Source: Gemmatimonadota bacterium
GTDB lineage: Bacteria; Gemmatimonadota; Gemmatimonadetes; Longimicrobiales; Gaopeijiaceae
Direction: 5' to 3'
Length of the DNA: 64,000 nt
NCBI GenBank assembly: GCA_034521595.1
Contig: JAXHMG010000002.1
Coordinates: forward strand, 64,001-128,000
The notes under the pieces: generated by a model
What the model saw: only the letters and a program-made list of their open reading frames with translations
Database searches by the model: none
What the model was told of the DNA's origin: nothing
Made by a program: the position numbers and the translations under genes
Part shown: positions 9,219 to 19,390 of the stretch, in pieces
Position numbering within the stretch: the stretch's first letter is position 1
Layout: the number at the start of each line of letters is the position of its first letter

Positions 9219-9814
9219 ACGACGAGAGAGACGATCGCCTGCGGGAGCTTCTGGGCGAGCTGCGGGAAGATCACCGGGCGCCCCCGGAGCTCAAGAGGAA
9301 CGTCATGGAACGGGTGCGCGCGATTCCGGATCCCCTTTGGAAGCGCGCCCTCGATTGGGTATTACGACCGAGAACCATCCAGGTCACGCCGGCGACGGCG
9401 GGGTTTGCGATGGCCGGGCTCGCGCTGCTTTTCGTGCTCCGTCCCGGACCGCAGAGCACGCCCTCGCCCTCCACCGGATCGTCCGACGCCGCGGTGACCA
9501 CCGCCCAGGCCGGCGCGAACACGGGAGCGAGGGAGCGATCCATGACCCGGTTCGTGTTCGTGGCGCCCGAAGCTTCGGAAGTACGGATGACCGGCGACTT
9601 CGTCTCGTGGGATCCCGAAGGAATCACGCTCGAGGATGAGCGTGGCACGGGCGTGTGGACCGCGGACGTGCCACTCTCGCCTGGGGTGTACCAGTATACG
9701 TTCATCGTCGACGGCACGGAGTGGCGCCCTGACCCCCACGCGGTCTCTCAGGTGGACGACGGCTTCGGGCAGCAGAACAGCGTCGTCATCGTCTCGGGGA
9801 ACAACGAGGCATGA
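9215..9814 (+). CDS. Putative anti-sigma factor with C-terminal CBM48/AMPK-type glycogen-binding domain
   Basis: ATGA overlap with the sigma gene; single TM helix; FVAPEASEVRMTGDFVSW..GVWTADVPLSPGVYQYTFIVDGTEWRPDP..DDGFG. Confidence 0.82.
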   Translation: MNDERDDRLRELLGELREDHRAPPELKRNVMERVRAIPDPLWKRALDWVLRPRTIQVTPATAGFAMAGLALLFVLRPGPQSTPSPSTGSSDAAVTTAQAGANTGARERSMTRFVFVAPEASEVRMTGDFVSWDPEGITLEDERGTGVWTADVPLSPGVYQYTFIVDGTEWRPDPHAVSQVDDGFGQQNSVVIVSGNNEA

Positions 9815-10467
9815 ACGTCCGGCGGGGCTTCGGCCTGGCACTGACGGTACTGGCCACGGCGAGCGCTCCGGCGCTGGCCGCGAAGCTGTCCGCTCAGTCC
9901 ATGGAGCTCGAAGGCCGCGTCGACGCACGTATCTTGACCCGTGTCGAGCCCGTGTTCGCAGCCGCCGCGCGGGACTCGCTGCCCATGGACGTGCTCCGGG
10001 CGAAGGTGTTGGAAGGGGCGACCAAGAACCGCCCGCCGGAGTTGATCGCCCGGGTCGTCACCGACCTCGCGGAAGACCTCCGTGCTACTCGGACGGCGTT
10101 GCGGGAACGGTTGCCCGACGCGGCGATCTCCGGACGCGAGCTCGCCGCGGCCTCCCTGGCCCGCGGGCAGGGCGTGCCGATGGAGTCCCTGGCCGACCTC
10201 TGGAGCTCGCGGCCCGCCGGAGGCTCCCTACAGATCCCCGTGACCGTGCTGGGGGAGCTCGTCCGACGGGGCGTTCCGCCGGACGAAGCGTCCGCCGTGA
10301 TGCGGCACATCATCGACACCGGCGTGCCCCTGGAACGGGCGGCTCAGATCCCCGGCCGGCTCGACGGTGTCACCCGTCCGGACGTGGCTCCCCCGGAGGC
10401 ATTGGAGCGGGCGCTCCGCGACCTCGATATTCCGGCTCCCCCGGCGGGGCGCGGGCCGGGAGGATGA
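9811..10467 (+). CDS. Exported helical hypothetical protein
   Basis: Signal peptide; ATGA-coupled; paralogous to 11734..12516. Confidence 0.75.
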   Translation: MNVRRGFGLALTVLATASAPALAAKLSAQSMELEGRVDARILTRVEPVFAAAARDSLPMDVLRAKVLEGATKNRPPELIARVVTDLAEDLRATRTALRERLPDAAISGRELAAASLARGQGVPMESLADLWSSRPAGGSLQIPVTVLGELVRRGVPPDEASAVMRHIIDTGVPLERAAQIPGRLDGVTRPDVAPPEALERALRDLDIPAPPAGRGPGG

Positions 10468-10492
10468 CCCCTCTCAAACGGGAAGCGACACC

Positions 10493-11644
10493 ATGACCAC
10501 GTGGAAACACGGTGCGCGCGGCGCCTGGAGGCGGCGAGCGATTCTCGCCGGGCTGCTCGGATCGTCCCTGGCCACGGCGTCCTCCATCCATGCTCAAGCA
10601 CCACGGTGGGAGCTGAACCTCAGTGGTGCCCGCATCCAGTACGACTCCCTTTCGGCGTTGAACGCCCCCTCGGGGTCCGGCCTGCTCGAATGGCGCGGGT
10701 CCAAGCTGCTCGGCAGGATCGGGGCCGGAGTCACGGGATTTCAAAACGCGGGCTGGACGGCGCATGGCGCAGGTGAGCTGAGCCGGTGGTTCTCACCGAC
10801 CGGCTCCACCGGGCCCCTCCACCTGGAGATCTCCGGAGCCGCATCCGGATCGAAGCACTCGAGCGGCTTCGATACCTACTTCCTCCGCGGGAACGCCCGG
10901 GCCCACGCGAGCGGAAGCTCGTTCGGCGGCTGGCTCGGCCTGGGCCTGGCCCACACACGCACCTCGGTCGACCCCGCATCCGTCCGTGGGGTGATCCCGA
11001 GCCTCGGAGCCTGGGCCCGATCGAGCGCCACCCGGTTCACCGTCACGTACGAAGCCCCCGAGGTTCTCGAGCGCCGTTACCACGAGGTGAGCACCTCCCT
11101 GGCGTACTCCGGCGATCGACTCGACCTGACCGGCTTCGCGGGGTGGCGAGCGGCTCCTTCCGAATCAGCCTTGGGCGACGAGAGCTGGCTGGGCGCGAGC
11201 GCCGCGTTCTGGCTTCGTCCGGAAGCGGCGCTCGTGGTTTCGGGAGGACGCTACGCACCGGACGTGATCCAGGGGCTTCCCGGGGGCGACTACGTGAGCG
11301 TCGGCTTCCGCATCACCGGTAGCCGGGCGAGACCGGTACCCGAGCCGGCCGCGCGGAGCCCGCTCCTCTTCACCGAAGCCAGCGCGACACGCGGCTCGAT
11401 CGGCTTCGAGCTCCCGGAAGCACGAACGGTCGAGGTCGCCGGCGACTGGAACGATTGGACGCCGGAACCGCTCTCTCGGGATTCGGACGGGCGGTGGGTG
11501 CTTCCGCCGGGTCTCGCCCCTGGAGTCTACCGGTTCAACCTCCGGGTCGATGGTGAGCGCTGGATCGTGCCCGAAGGCGTTCCGTCGTCCGACGACGGCT
11601 TCGGCGGGGAAGTCGGTCTTCTCGTCATCACGGGCGACTCATGA
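10493..11644 (+). CDS. Exported beta-rich (probable OM barrel) protein with C-terminal CBM48 glycogen-binding domain
   Basis: Signal peptide; alternating beta-strand pattern; VEVAGDWNDW..LAPGVYRFNLRVDGERW..DDGFGG. Confidence 0.78.
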   Translation: MTTWKHGARGAWRRRAILAGLLGSSLATASSIHAQAPRWELNLSGARIQYDSLSALNAPSGSGLLEWRGSKLLGRIGAGVTGFQNAGWTAHGAGELSRWFSPTGSTGPLHLEISGAASGSKHSSGFDTYFLRGNARAHASGSSFGGWLGLGLAHTRTSVDPASVRGVIPSLGAWARSSATRFTVTYEAPEVLERRYHEVSTSLAYSGDRLDLTGFAGWRAAPSESALGDESWLGASAAFWLRPEAALVVSGGRYAPDVIQGLPGGDYVSVGFRITGSRARPVPEPAARSPLLFTEASATRGSIGFELPEARTVEVAGDWNDWTPEPLSRDSDGRWVLPPGLAPGVYRFNLRVDGERWIVPEGVPSSDDGFGGEVGLLVITGDS

Positions 11645-11653
11645 CCGGCCGCG

Positions 11654-11683
11654 GATGTGACCGGAGCAGCCCCGGACGAGTGT
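11654..11683 (+). promoter_or_regulatory. Candidate ECF sigma promoter, copy 3
   Basis: GATGTGACC ggagcagccccggac GAGTGT, 50 nt upstream of ATG 11734. Confidence 0.7.
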
Positions 11684-11733
11684 TCAGGATGAAGAGCACA
11701 CGAAACGGTTATGTCGAACCGAGAGATCAAACC

Positions 11734-12516
11734 ATGAGCACCGAGCATAAGCGGCACCGCCGACGGACGTGCACCCGGATCGTAGGGCTCGCCGCGACTT
11801 TGTTCGTGGCTGCCGGCGGGGTCGGAGCGCAGCAACGGGACGCTGCGGACCGACTCGGAGGCCGGCTTCCCGGCGACCTCGAATCCACGGTGTTGGAGCG
11901 CATCCGCCTGGCCGACGAGAACGGCCTCCCCACCACATCGCTGGTGGACCTCGCGCTCCAGGGCGTGATCAAAGGTCGTGACGGCGCCGAAGTGCTCGAG
12001 GCGCTGGACGGTCTCGTCGCCGACCTCGGCCGGGCCCGAGGGGCGCTCGCGGACGCAGGAGCCGCGCCGAGCGCGGACGAGGTCGAGGCCGCCGGCATGG
12101 CCATGAGGATGGGGCTCGACGCGGAGGCCGTGGCGGGTCTGGCCCGCTCCCGGCCGGAGGGACGGTCCCTCTCGGTCCCGCTCCTGGTGCTCGGCGGACT
12201 GGCGCAGCGCGGAATGCCCTCCGATCAAGCCCTCGCACGGGTCGTCGATCGCCTCGCGGCGCGTGTGGACGATGCCGGACTGATGTCGGAAATCTCGGGT
12301 CGGCCCGCAGGAGCCGGCGGACCGCCCCGGACATCACCCGCCGGCCCTTTGGGTCCGGGCGGCGAGCCTGGTCCGCCCGGGGCCGGCGGGCCCGGCGGGC
12401 CGGGGATCCCGACGCCCGTGGGGCCCGCGGGCGGAGGTCGCCCGGACGATCCACCGGACGGCCGACCCGGCGGCGGCGGGCCACCCACGGACCCCGGACC
12501 GCCCGGCGGTCCCTGA
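11734..12516 (+). CDS. Exported hypothetical protein with Pro/Gly-rich tail
   Basis: Signal peptide ending VGA-Q; RSLSVPLLVLGGLAQRGMPSDQA matches GSLQIPVTVLGELVRRGVPPDEA of 9811..10467. Confidence 0.72.
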   Translation: MSTEHKRHRRRTCTRIVGLAATLFVAAGGVGAQQRDAADRLGGRLPGDLESTVLERIRLADENGLPTTSLVDLALQGVIKGRDGAEVLEALDGLVADLGRARGALADAGAAPSADEVEAAGMAMRMGLDAEAVAGLARSRPEGRSLSVPLLVLGGLAQRGMPSDQALARVVDRLAARVDDAGLMSEISGRPAGAGGPPRTSPAGPLGPGGEPGPPGAGGPGGPGIPTPVGPAGGGRPDDPPDGRPGGGGPPTDPGPPGGP

Positions 12517-12686
12517 CCCCGATGAGCGGACGCTAACCGCCCGGTCCGCTCGCAGCGACGCCGTGCATCCCGGAGCTGCTCCCACCACGCCAGCTCCGGG
12601 CGTATTTGTCGCGTTCAGGCAACCGTTCGGGTAGATTGCACGGGTCCTTGCCCCGTTCCCTTCCCGTCGCCCCGAGCCGGAGCCGG

Positions 12687-14828
12687 ATGCCCGCGCGCAC
12701 CACATCGCTTCGAGGTCAGGTCTTCCGCCTGGTACTCGCCCTCGCGATTCCCGCCATCGTCTTGGAGGGGTGGTGGAGCTTTCGGGAGTACCAGGACGCC
12801 AACGCGCGAGCGCAACTCGAAGCACTGGCCATCGCCGAACGGACCAGCGTGAGCGTGCATCAGTTCCTGGTCACCACCGGCGAGCTCATGACCGGTGTCT
12901 CGCGGGAGTTGCACGACCAGTTCGGCGCGACGGAGAGCTGTGAGAGCTTGGTGCGCACGTTGACCGACGTGCTGCCCTACTTCGTGAACACGCTCGTCCG
13001 GGGGCCCGACGGCACGCTCCTCTGTGCAGCGGAACCGCCTTCCTCCGTTCTGGCAGCGGCGGACATCGAGTTCGGTAACCGATCCGATGGGGGTCGCTTT
13101 CCCGCCGTGTCGGATCCGGTACACGACATGCCATCGGGGAACCTGGTTCTTCCCGTCGGTGTGCCCGTGCGCACCGGAGACGACGGGGAGATCGGCACTC
13201 TCATCGGGTTCGTACCCCTCACCGAGTTCGAGACCCTCCTGCCCGGAATCGCCGTCGACGACACCCACCTGGTCACGATCGCCACGTCCGACCTGCAAGT
13301 CATCACGCGTTCCAGGGACGCCGCCGCATGGGTCGGTCAGACTCTGCCCAGCCCCGAGAACGAAGATGACACCGTCGGACCCGGCCGGTACGTCGCCACC
13401 GGACCGGACGCGACGGACACCGAGCGTGCCTGGGGGGTCGCGGCCGTGGCGGGCACGGATTGGGAGGTGTTCGTCGGGATCCCGGAACGGGAGGTCAACG
13501 CACCCGCGCTCGCGATGGCGCTGCGCCGCGTGGGGCTCACCGCCTTGTTCCTGTCGGCGGGCATCCTGTTGGCGATGCTCTCGTATCACCGCATCGACCG
13601 AGCGCTCCGAGGCCTCGTGGCCGGGGTCCGGGACGTCGGCCGGGGTGAGCGCGTCCGCTTACCCGAAGGCACACCGCGCGAGGTCAGTGCCGTGGTCGAG
13701 CAGTTCAACCGAACCCTCGACCAACGCGATGCCGCCGAGGCCGCCGAGCACCGGGCGCTCGAACGCTACGCGTCGATTTTCAACGAAGCGGTCTTCGGCA
13801 TCTTCGTCGCCACCGCCGGCGGCAAGATCCTGGAAGCGAACCCGGCACTCGCGACCATGCTCGGTCACGGCGAGATCCGGCCGGTCCTCGACGCTCCGCT
13901 GCGCTCTTGGTTCCGGGATCCGGACCAGCACGACATCATGCTCGCGACGTGCCTCGCCGAAGGGACGATCGAAGGGTTCGTGACCGAATGGCTGCGAACG
14001 GACGGCGAGCGCATCGTCGTCCGCATCGACGGCAAGACCGTGCGCACGGACGACGGCGCCGAGGGTGTGGAGATGATCGTCGACGACGTCACGGAGGAGC
14101 TACAGCGCGATCGGGAGCTCCAGCAGACCCAGAAGATGGAAGCCATCGGGCGGCTCGCCGGAGGGATCGCGCACGACTTCAACAACCTCCTGACCGTGAT
14201 CAGCGCGAACAGCGAGCTCATGGACGAGAACCTGCCGGAAGGCAGCCCGATCCGACCGGATCTCAACCAAATCAGGACGGCCGCTTCCCGCGCCTCCGCC
14301 CTGACCCGACAGCTCCTTTCCTTCAGCCGCAGCGACCCATCGGAAACCCGGAACGTGGACGTCAACAGCGTGGTGAGCGAGCTCGACGCCATGCTCCACC
14401 GGCTCATCGGCGCCGACATTCGCCTGGAAACCGACCTCGACCCCGACGTTCCGCCGGTCCATGCGGATTCGAGCCGACTCGAACAGGTCGTCATGAACCT
14501 CGTCCTGAACGCGCGAGACGCCTTGCCCCACGGCGGCTCCATCCGAATCGCCACGGACACGGTGACGGGAACGGAGCCGAACGGAACCGGCGGGAGACCG
14601 GAAGTCCTGCTCACGGTACGTGACGACGGAACAGGCATGGACGCGGCGACCCGTGCGCGGATCTTCGAGCCGTTCTTCACGACGAAGGAGGAGGGGAAAG
14701 GAACGGGCCTCGGCCTCGCGACCGTCTACGGGATCGTCCGCCAGACGGGGGGCCGTGTGGAAGTGGAGAGCGAGGTCAACGAAGGTACGACCTTTCGGAT
14801 CTGGCTGCCCGGCCAAGCGGGATCCTGA
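12687..14828 (+). CDS. Sensor histidine kinase (Cache-HAMP-PAS-HisKA-HATPase)
   Basis: Two TM helices; [16 protein letters not shown]-box; [30 protein letters not shown]. Confidence 0.93.
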   Translation: MPARTTSLRGQVFRLVLALAIPAIVLEGWWSFREYQDANARAQLEALAIAERTSVSVHQFLVTTGELMTGVSRELHDQFGATESCESLVRTLTDVLPYFVNTLVRGPDGTLLCAAEPPSSVLAAADIEFGNRSDGGRFPAVSDPVHDMPSGNLVLPVGVPVRTGDDGEIGTLIGFVPLTEFETLLPGIAVDDTHLVTIATSDLQVITRSRDAAAWVGQTLPSPENEDDTVGPGRYVATGPDATDTERAWGVAAVAGTDWEVFVGIPEREVNAPALAMALRRVGLTALFLSAGILLAMLSYHRIDRALRGLVAGVRDVGRGERVRLPEGTPREVSAVVEQFNRTLDQRDAAEAAEHRALERYASIFNEAVFGIFVATAGGKILEANPALATMLGHGEIRPVLDAPLRSWFRDPDQHDIMLATCLAEGTIEGFVTEWLRTDGERIVVRIDGKTVRTDDGAEGVEMIVDDVTEELQRDRELQQTQKMEAIGRLAGGIAHDFNNLLTVISANSELMDENLPEGSPIRPDLNQIRTAASRASALTRQLLSFSRSDPSETRNVDVNSVVSELDAMLHRLIGADIRLETDLDPDVPPVHADSSRLEQVVMNLVLNARDALPHGGSIRIATDTVTGTEPNGTGGRPEVLLTVRDDGTGMDAATRARIFEPFFTTKEEGKGTGLGLATVYGIVRQTGGRVEVESEVNEGTTFRIWLPGQAGS

Positions 14829-14888
14829 CCCGGAGCGCACGCGGCCGCTCCAACGCACCCTTCGCTCGGCCTCACCCGGCGCTCGAGC

Positions 14889-16040
14889 TCACCCGTCGCC
14901 GAGAAGCAACGCCCTGAGAATCCGGCCGACCTCGTCGTTGTCCCGGATCCCGGCCAGCCGCTCGGCCCCCGGTCCGTGCGCGAAAAGCGGCACCATGGCG
15001 TGGGTGTGCCCCCCGGAAGTGTACGCGATCTCGCTCTCGGTCGTCTCCGCCTCCCCGTGAACGGCGAGCCCTCCCGTCTCGTGGTCCCCCGTGACGACCA
15101 CGAGCGTCCCCGGAGTTCGCTCGGCGAACGCGAGCGCCTCGGCCACGGCTCGATCGAACTCGAGGATCTCGCGTCGAATCGAAGGGAGCGGATCGTTGTC
15201 GTGCTGATACGAATCGGTGCCCTCCGTCTCGACGAGGAGGAACAGCCCCTCCGGATTAGCCGATAGCCGCTCCAGGGCCGCGCGGGTCATGGTCGGAAGG
15301 TCGGGCACGCGCTCCCCGGCGCGCTCCATCTCGTCGGCGGCGAACAACCCCAGAAGTCGACGCGTGCCGGAGCGAGCCTCTTCGAGCTCCGCGGCGTCCC
15401 GGGGGCAATCGGCTTCGCCACAGACGTCTCGCAGGAGGTCGCCCGGCCCACCCTGCAAGCTCCCGTCGAAGTACATACGCCCGCCACCGAGCAGCACGTC
15501 GGCTCCGGAGTCGAGGACCTGTACGGCCAGGCTCGCGTGCAGATCGCGGCTCGGCGCGTGCGCCGCGAACGACGCCGGGGTCGCGTCGGTCAGGGCCGTG
15601 GTGGTGACCATGCCCGTGGCCTTCCCCCGCTCCTCCGCACCCTCGAGCAGGGTCGGCAACGGGGCACAGGACGCGGGGTCCGCCGCCACGCCCGCAGGAT
15701 CGGCTTCGATCTGATCCCTGCACTCCGGCCCGACCGCGATCGCCCGGTTGAAGGTGCGCGCACCGGTGCTGAACGCGGTGGCGCCCGCCGCGCTGTCCGT
15801 GAGCCCGCCGTCGGCGTTCCGGGTATCCACGAGCCCCACCACCGGCATTCCGGCGACCGCGAGCTCCGAGCCGCGAGCCATGCGGGCCACCGACCAGGTG
15901 GCAACGCCTGCCCCGTCCGCGATCATGAGGATCACGTTGCGGACCTCTGCGTCCCCATCCGCAGTCATCTGCGCTGCGCCGGGTCCCGGAATCAGCCAGA
16001 GCATGGAAAGCAGTGCCCCGACACCGACGTTTCTCCTCAT
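14889..16040 (-). CDS. Alkaline phosphatase (PhoA family)
   Basis: NVILMIADGAG, TDSAAGATA, ATPASFAAH, TGDHETGG, GGHT; signal peptide. Confidence 0.92.
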   Translation of the reverse strand: MRRNVGVGALLSMLWLIPGPGAAQMTADGDAEVRNVILMIADGAGVATWSVARMARGSELAVAGMPVVGLVDTRNADGGLTDSAAGATAFSTGARTFNRAIAVGPECRDQIEADPAGVAADPASCAPLPTLLEGAEERGKATGMVTTTALTDATPASFAAHAPSRDLHASLAVQVLDSGADVLLGGGRMYFDGSLQGGPGDLLRDVCGEADCPRDAAELEEARSGTRRLLGLFAADEMERAGERVPDLPTMTRAALERLSANPEGLFLLVETEGTDSYQHDNDPLPSIRREILEFDRAVAEALAFAERTPGTLVVVTGDHETGGLAVHGEAETTESEIAYTSGGHTHAMVPLFAHGPGAERLAGIRDNDEVGRILRALLLGDG

Positions 16041-16268
16041 GGCGACCGCCCCGTACTTTGACCGGACCCGCACCCGTGCCGACGATGACAGGGTTGTGAC
16101 GGCCCCGGCGGAAACACCCGAGCCAGTATCCCTTCGAGCGGAGACTGTTCCCATGACGCACCCTCCGACACACCGGCCCCACGCACGACGGAGCCCCTTC
16201 TCCGTCCAGCTCCTCGTGCTCGTCGCGCTCGTGCTCGTTCCCGACATCCTCCTACCCACTCCACCCCG

Positions 16269-17039
16269 TCACCCCGACCCGTCCTCCCGCCGAAGCAGCA
16301 GATAGTCCGCGCCCCAACGGACGAAGCCGGCCGAAAGGTCCTCCTCGAGCGTGCAGCCGGCACCTCGAAGGGCCTCGATCACCTCGGCACGCAACCAGGC
16401 CCGCAGACGGAAGGCGTCCTCGTACGTCTCCTCGCCCCCGCGCCCACGGACCGCCGTCCGTTCGCGGTACCTGTAGAACGGGGATCCGTCGCCCTCCGGC
16501 TCGATCTCCACGCAGCGGATCATGTCGTCCGTCTCGACGTCGAAGCTTTCGAACACGGACCGACTCGGGACGCTGACCAACAGGAGTCCGCCCGGGCGAA
16601 CCGCTCCGGCCATCGCGTCGGCGGCGCCGCGCAATTCCCGCTCGTCGAGCAGGTAGGAAAAGACGCTGAAGACGCACAGCGCCAGGTCGTGCTCCCCGGC
16701 GCCCCGATACGTCTCCGCGCCGGCAGCCACGCACTCGATCGGGAGGCCGCCACGTTTCTCGTCCAACACGGCGAGCATCGCGGGGGAGGGATCCACCGCG
16801 GTGACGCGGTACCCGTCCCTCGCGAGAGGAACGGCGAGCCGGCCGGTTCCCGCGCCGAAATCGACGATCCGTGCCGGGGGCCTGCACCGCGCCCGGATCT
16901 CGGTGAGCGTCCGTTCCGTGAACGTCTCGTAGTCCCGCCCGAACGTACGCTCGAGCACCCGGTCGTAGTGCCGTGCCCAGACGTCGTGCGGGACGCGGGC
17001 GGGCGGAGCTCCGGAGCGGTAGCGTGGTGTCGGAATCAT
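16269..17039 (-). CDS. Class I SAM-dependent methyltransferase
   Basis: IVDFGAGTGR motif I, VDPSPAML, RPGGLL. Confidence 0.88.
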   Translation of the reverse strand: MIPTPRYRSGAPPARVPHDVWARHYDRVLERTFGRDYETFTERTLTEIRARCRPPARIVDFGAGTGRLAVPLARDGYRVTAVDPSPAMLAVLDEKRGGLPIECVAAGAETYRGAGEHDLALCVFSVFSYLLDERELRGAADAMAGAVRPGGLLLVSVPSRSVFESFDVETDDMIRCVEIEPEGDGSPFYRYRERTAVRGRGGEETYEDAFRLRAWLRAEVIEALRGAGCTLEEDLSAGFVRWGADYLLLRREDGSG

Positions 17040-17179
17040 ATCCCGGGTGTACACGCTTGCCTCCGCGCGGAGCCATGTCTACCCTCTGACGGCCCCTCGC
17101 CGGCCCGGCAAGGCCACGAGGCCGGCGATCTTTCGTCCACGCTCGGACTCCCACTCGCCTCGGACCGCCACTCGCCCGC

Positions 17180-18880
17180 ATGAAGTTCCTGAGCGTCCAC
17201 CTGGGTTACGCCCTCCGGGACGAGGACCTCCGCAAGAACCTGCGGGCGCTCCTCAAGTACCTCCTGTTCCTGATCGCGGTCATCGCGGTCTATTCGATCC
17301 TCTTCCACGTCATCATGATCAATGTGGAAGGCCAGGATCATTCGTGGATCACGGGCATCTACTGGACGCTCACGGTGATGAGCACCCTCGGGTTCGGCGA
17401 CATCACCTTCACGACCGACCTGGGCCGCGCCTTCAGCGTCGTCGTGCTGATGTCCGGCATCATCCTGCTCCTCATCGTCCTGCCGTTCGCCTTCATCCGG
17501 TACTTCTACGCTCCGTGGCTGGAAGCGCAGATCCGCAAGCGCGTGCCGGACACGGTGCCTCCCGGAACCCACGGACACGTGGTCTTCATCGACTGGGACA
17601 CCATCTCCCAGGACATGGCCCCACGCCTGGCCGGGGAAGGCATCCCCTACTTCGTGGTGACCGAGGAAGGAACGAAGGCGAGCGCCCTGTACGACGACGG
17701 CATCGCCACCGTTCGGGGGAAGGTCGACGACCTCGAGACGTTCGAACGGCTCAATGCGGGGGCGGCACGCCTGATCGTGCTCAACCGCGACGATCTCATG
17801 AACACGAACGTGGCGCTCACCGTGCGTGGCGTCTCGGCCGACGTTCCCCTCGTCGCCTTCGCGGAGAACGAGCACTCGGTCGACATCCTCGAGTTGGGTG
17901 GCTGTGACCACGTGCTTCCGCTCAAGCGGATCCTCGGCGAGCAGCTCGCGAACCGGGTGAACGCCGGCCACGCCCAAGCGCACGTGATCGGCCGGTACCG
18001 CGACCTCGTCATCGCCGAATTCTCCGTGCACGGAACCCCCCTCGTCGGCAAGACCCTCCAGGACAGTCGATTGCGCGAGATCGCCGGTGTGAGCGTGTTG
18101 GGCCTGTGGGAGCGAAGCCAGATCCTGCCGGCTCGCCCCGACGTCGTGTTCAGTGACCTCGCCCTCCCCGTCGTCGCGGGCTCTCAGGAGGCGATCGACC
18201 GGTTGGACGAGTTCCTCTACATCTACGACACCAACTGGAACCCGGTCATCATCCTCGGGGGCGGCAAGGTGGGACGGGCCGCGGCGCGCTCGCTCAAACA
18301 ACGCGGGATCCCGGTGCACATGGTGGAACGGAACCCGGACCTGGCCGAGAGGATCGGCGACCTCCCCGACCGCCTCATCATCGGGGACGCCGCAGATCGC
18401 GACGTAATGCACGCGGTCGGTATCGAGAACGCCCCTTCGGTGCTCCTCACGACGAACCGTGACGAAACCAACATCTACCTCGCGGCCTACACCCGTCGCA
18501 TCAGTCCCGAGGCGCAGATCGTCAGCCGCATCACGCACGACCGGAACCTGCCCTCCATCCAACGGGCGGGCGCGGACCTGACGCTCAGCTACGGTACGCT
18601 CGGCGTCGAGACGCTCCTTTCGCTGCTGCACGACCGACCGACCATCATCCTCGGCCAGGGCATCGGCTTCCACGACATCCCCTGTCCGAAAGCGCTCGAG
18701 GGACTCACCCTCGTGGAAACGGAGATCGGGGCTCGCACCGGCCTCACGGTGGTCGGCCTCGAGGTCGAAGGCGCGCTGATCACGGACCCGGATGCATCGT
18801 CCGTCCTCGTGCCCGGATGCACGTTGCTCACGATCGGATCGGAAGCTCAGTTGGAAGCTTTCCGGAAGGCCTACCCATGA
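17180..18880 (+). CDS. Potassium channel protein with tandem TrkA-N/TrkA-C (RCK) domains
   Basis: Pore motif TVMSTLGFGDI between two TM helices; GGGKVG Rossmann motif; two RCK pairs. Confidence 0.9.
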   Translation: MKFLSVHLGYALRDEDLRKNLRALLKYLLFLIAVIAVYSILFHVIMINVEGQDHSWITGIYWTLTVMSTLGFGDITFTTDLGRAFSVVVLMSGIILLLIVLPFAFIRYFYAPWLEAQIRKRVPDTVPPGTHGHVVFIDWDTISQDMAPRLAGEGIPYFVVTEEGTKASALYDDGIATVRGKVDDLETFERLNAGAARLIVLNRDDLMNTNVALTVRGVSADVPLVAFAENEHSVDILELGGCDHVLPLKRILGEQLANRVNAGHAQAHVIGRYRDLVIAEFSVHGTPLVGKTLQDSRLREIAGVSVLGLWERSQILPARPDVVFSDLALPVVAGSQEAIDRLDEFLYIYDTNWNPVIILGGGKVGRAAARSLKQRGIPVHMVERNPDLAERIGDLPDRLIIGDAADRDVMHAVGIENAPSVLLTTNRDETNIYLAAYTRRISPEAQIVSRITHDRNLPSIQRAGADLTLSYGTLGVETLLSLLHDRPTIILGQGIGFHDIPCPKALEGLTLVETEIGARTGLTVVGLEVEGALITDPDASSVLVPGCTLLTIGSEAQLEAFRKAYP

Positions 18881-19374
18881 CCGACGAACAGCCCCCGATC
18901 GACCTCCAGAACGTCGACTTTCACGAGATCGCCCGCCGTGGCGACGTCGAGGTCATGACCATCTTTCTCGATGCCGGGCTCGACCCGAACCTACTCGACG
19001 ACCGTGGCTACGGGCTGCTCATGATCGCGGCCTACAACGGTCGGACCGAGACGGTGCGGCTCCTCCTCGAACGCGGTGCGGACCCGGACCTCCCGGATCC
19101 GAGCGGGAACAGTCCGCTCATGGGCACGGCCTTCACGGGCGACGTCGAGGTGGCTCGCACGCTCCTGGACGGGGGTGCGAACCCGAGCCACCCAAACGGG
19201 CAAGGAGCCACCGCCCTCCACTTCGCGGCGATGTTCCAGAACACCGAGTTGGTGGAGGTGCTGCTGGAGGTCGGGGCCGACGTCGAGGCGGTGAGCGCCG
19301 ACGGCGAGACGGCCGAGACCCTGGCCCGAGCCCACGGCCATACCGAGATCGCCGACCGGCTGGCGTCGGCCTGA
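18877..19374 (+). CDS. Ankyrin repeat protein
   Basis: Repeats LLMIAAYNG..LLLERGADPD, SPLMGTAFTG, TALHFAAMF; ATGA-coupled to the channel gene. Confidence 0.9.
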   Translation: MTDEQPPIDLQNVDFHEIARRGDVEVMTIFLDAGLDPNLLDDRGYGLLMIAAYNGRTETVRLLLERGADPDLPDPSGNSPLMGTAFTGDVEVARTLLDGGANPSHPNGQGATALHFAAMFQNTELVEVLLEVGADVEAVSADGETAETLARAHGHTEIADRLASA

Positions 19375-19390
19375 CCCGCGTCCCCTCACC

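Noticed and set aside
16041-16259. N-terminal extension of alkaline phosphatase, or a small gene with GTGCTC/GCGCTC repeats
   Set aside because: Signal peptide starts at ATG 16040; the short repeats are unremarkable at this GC content
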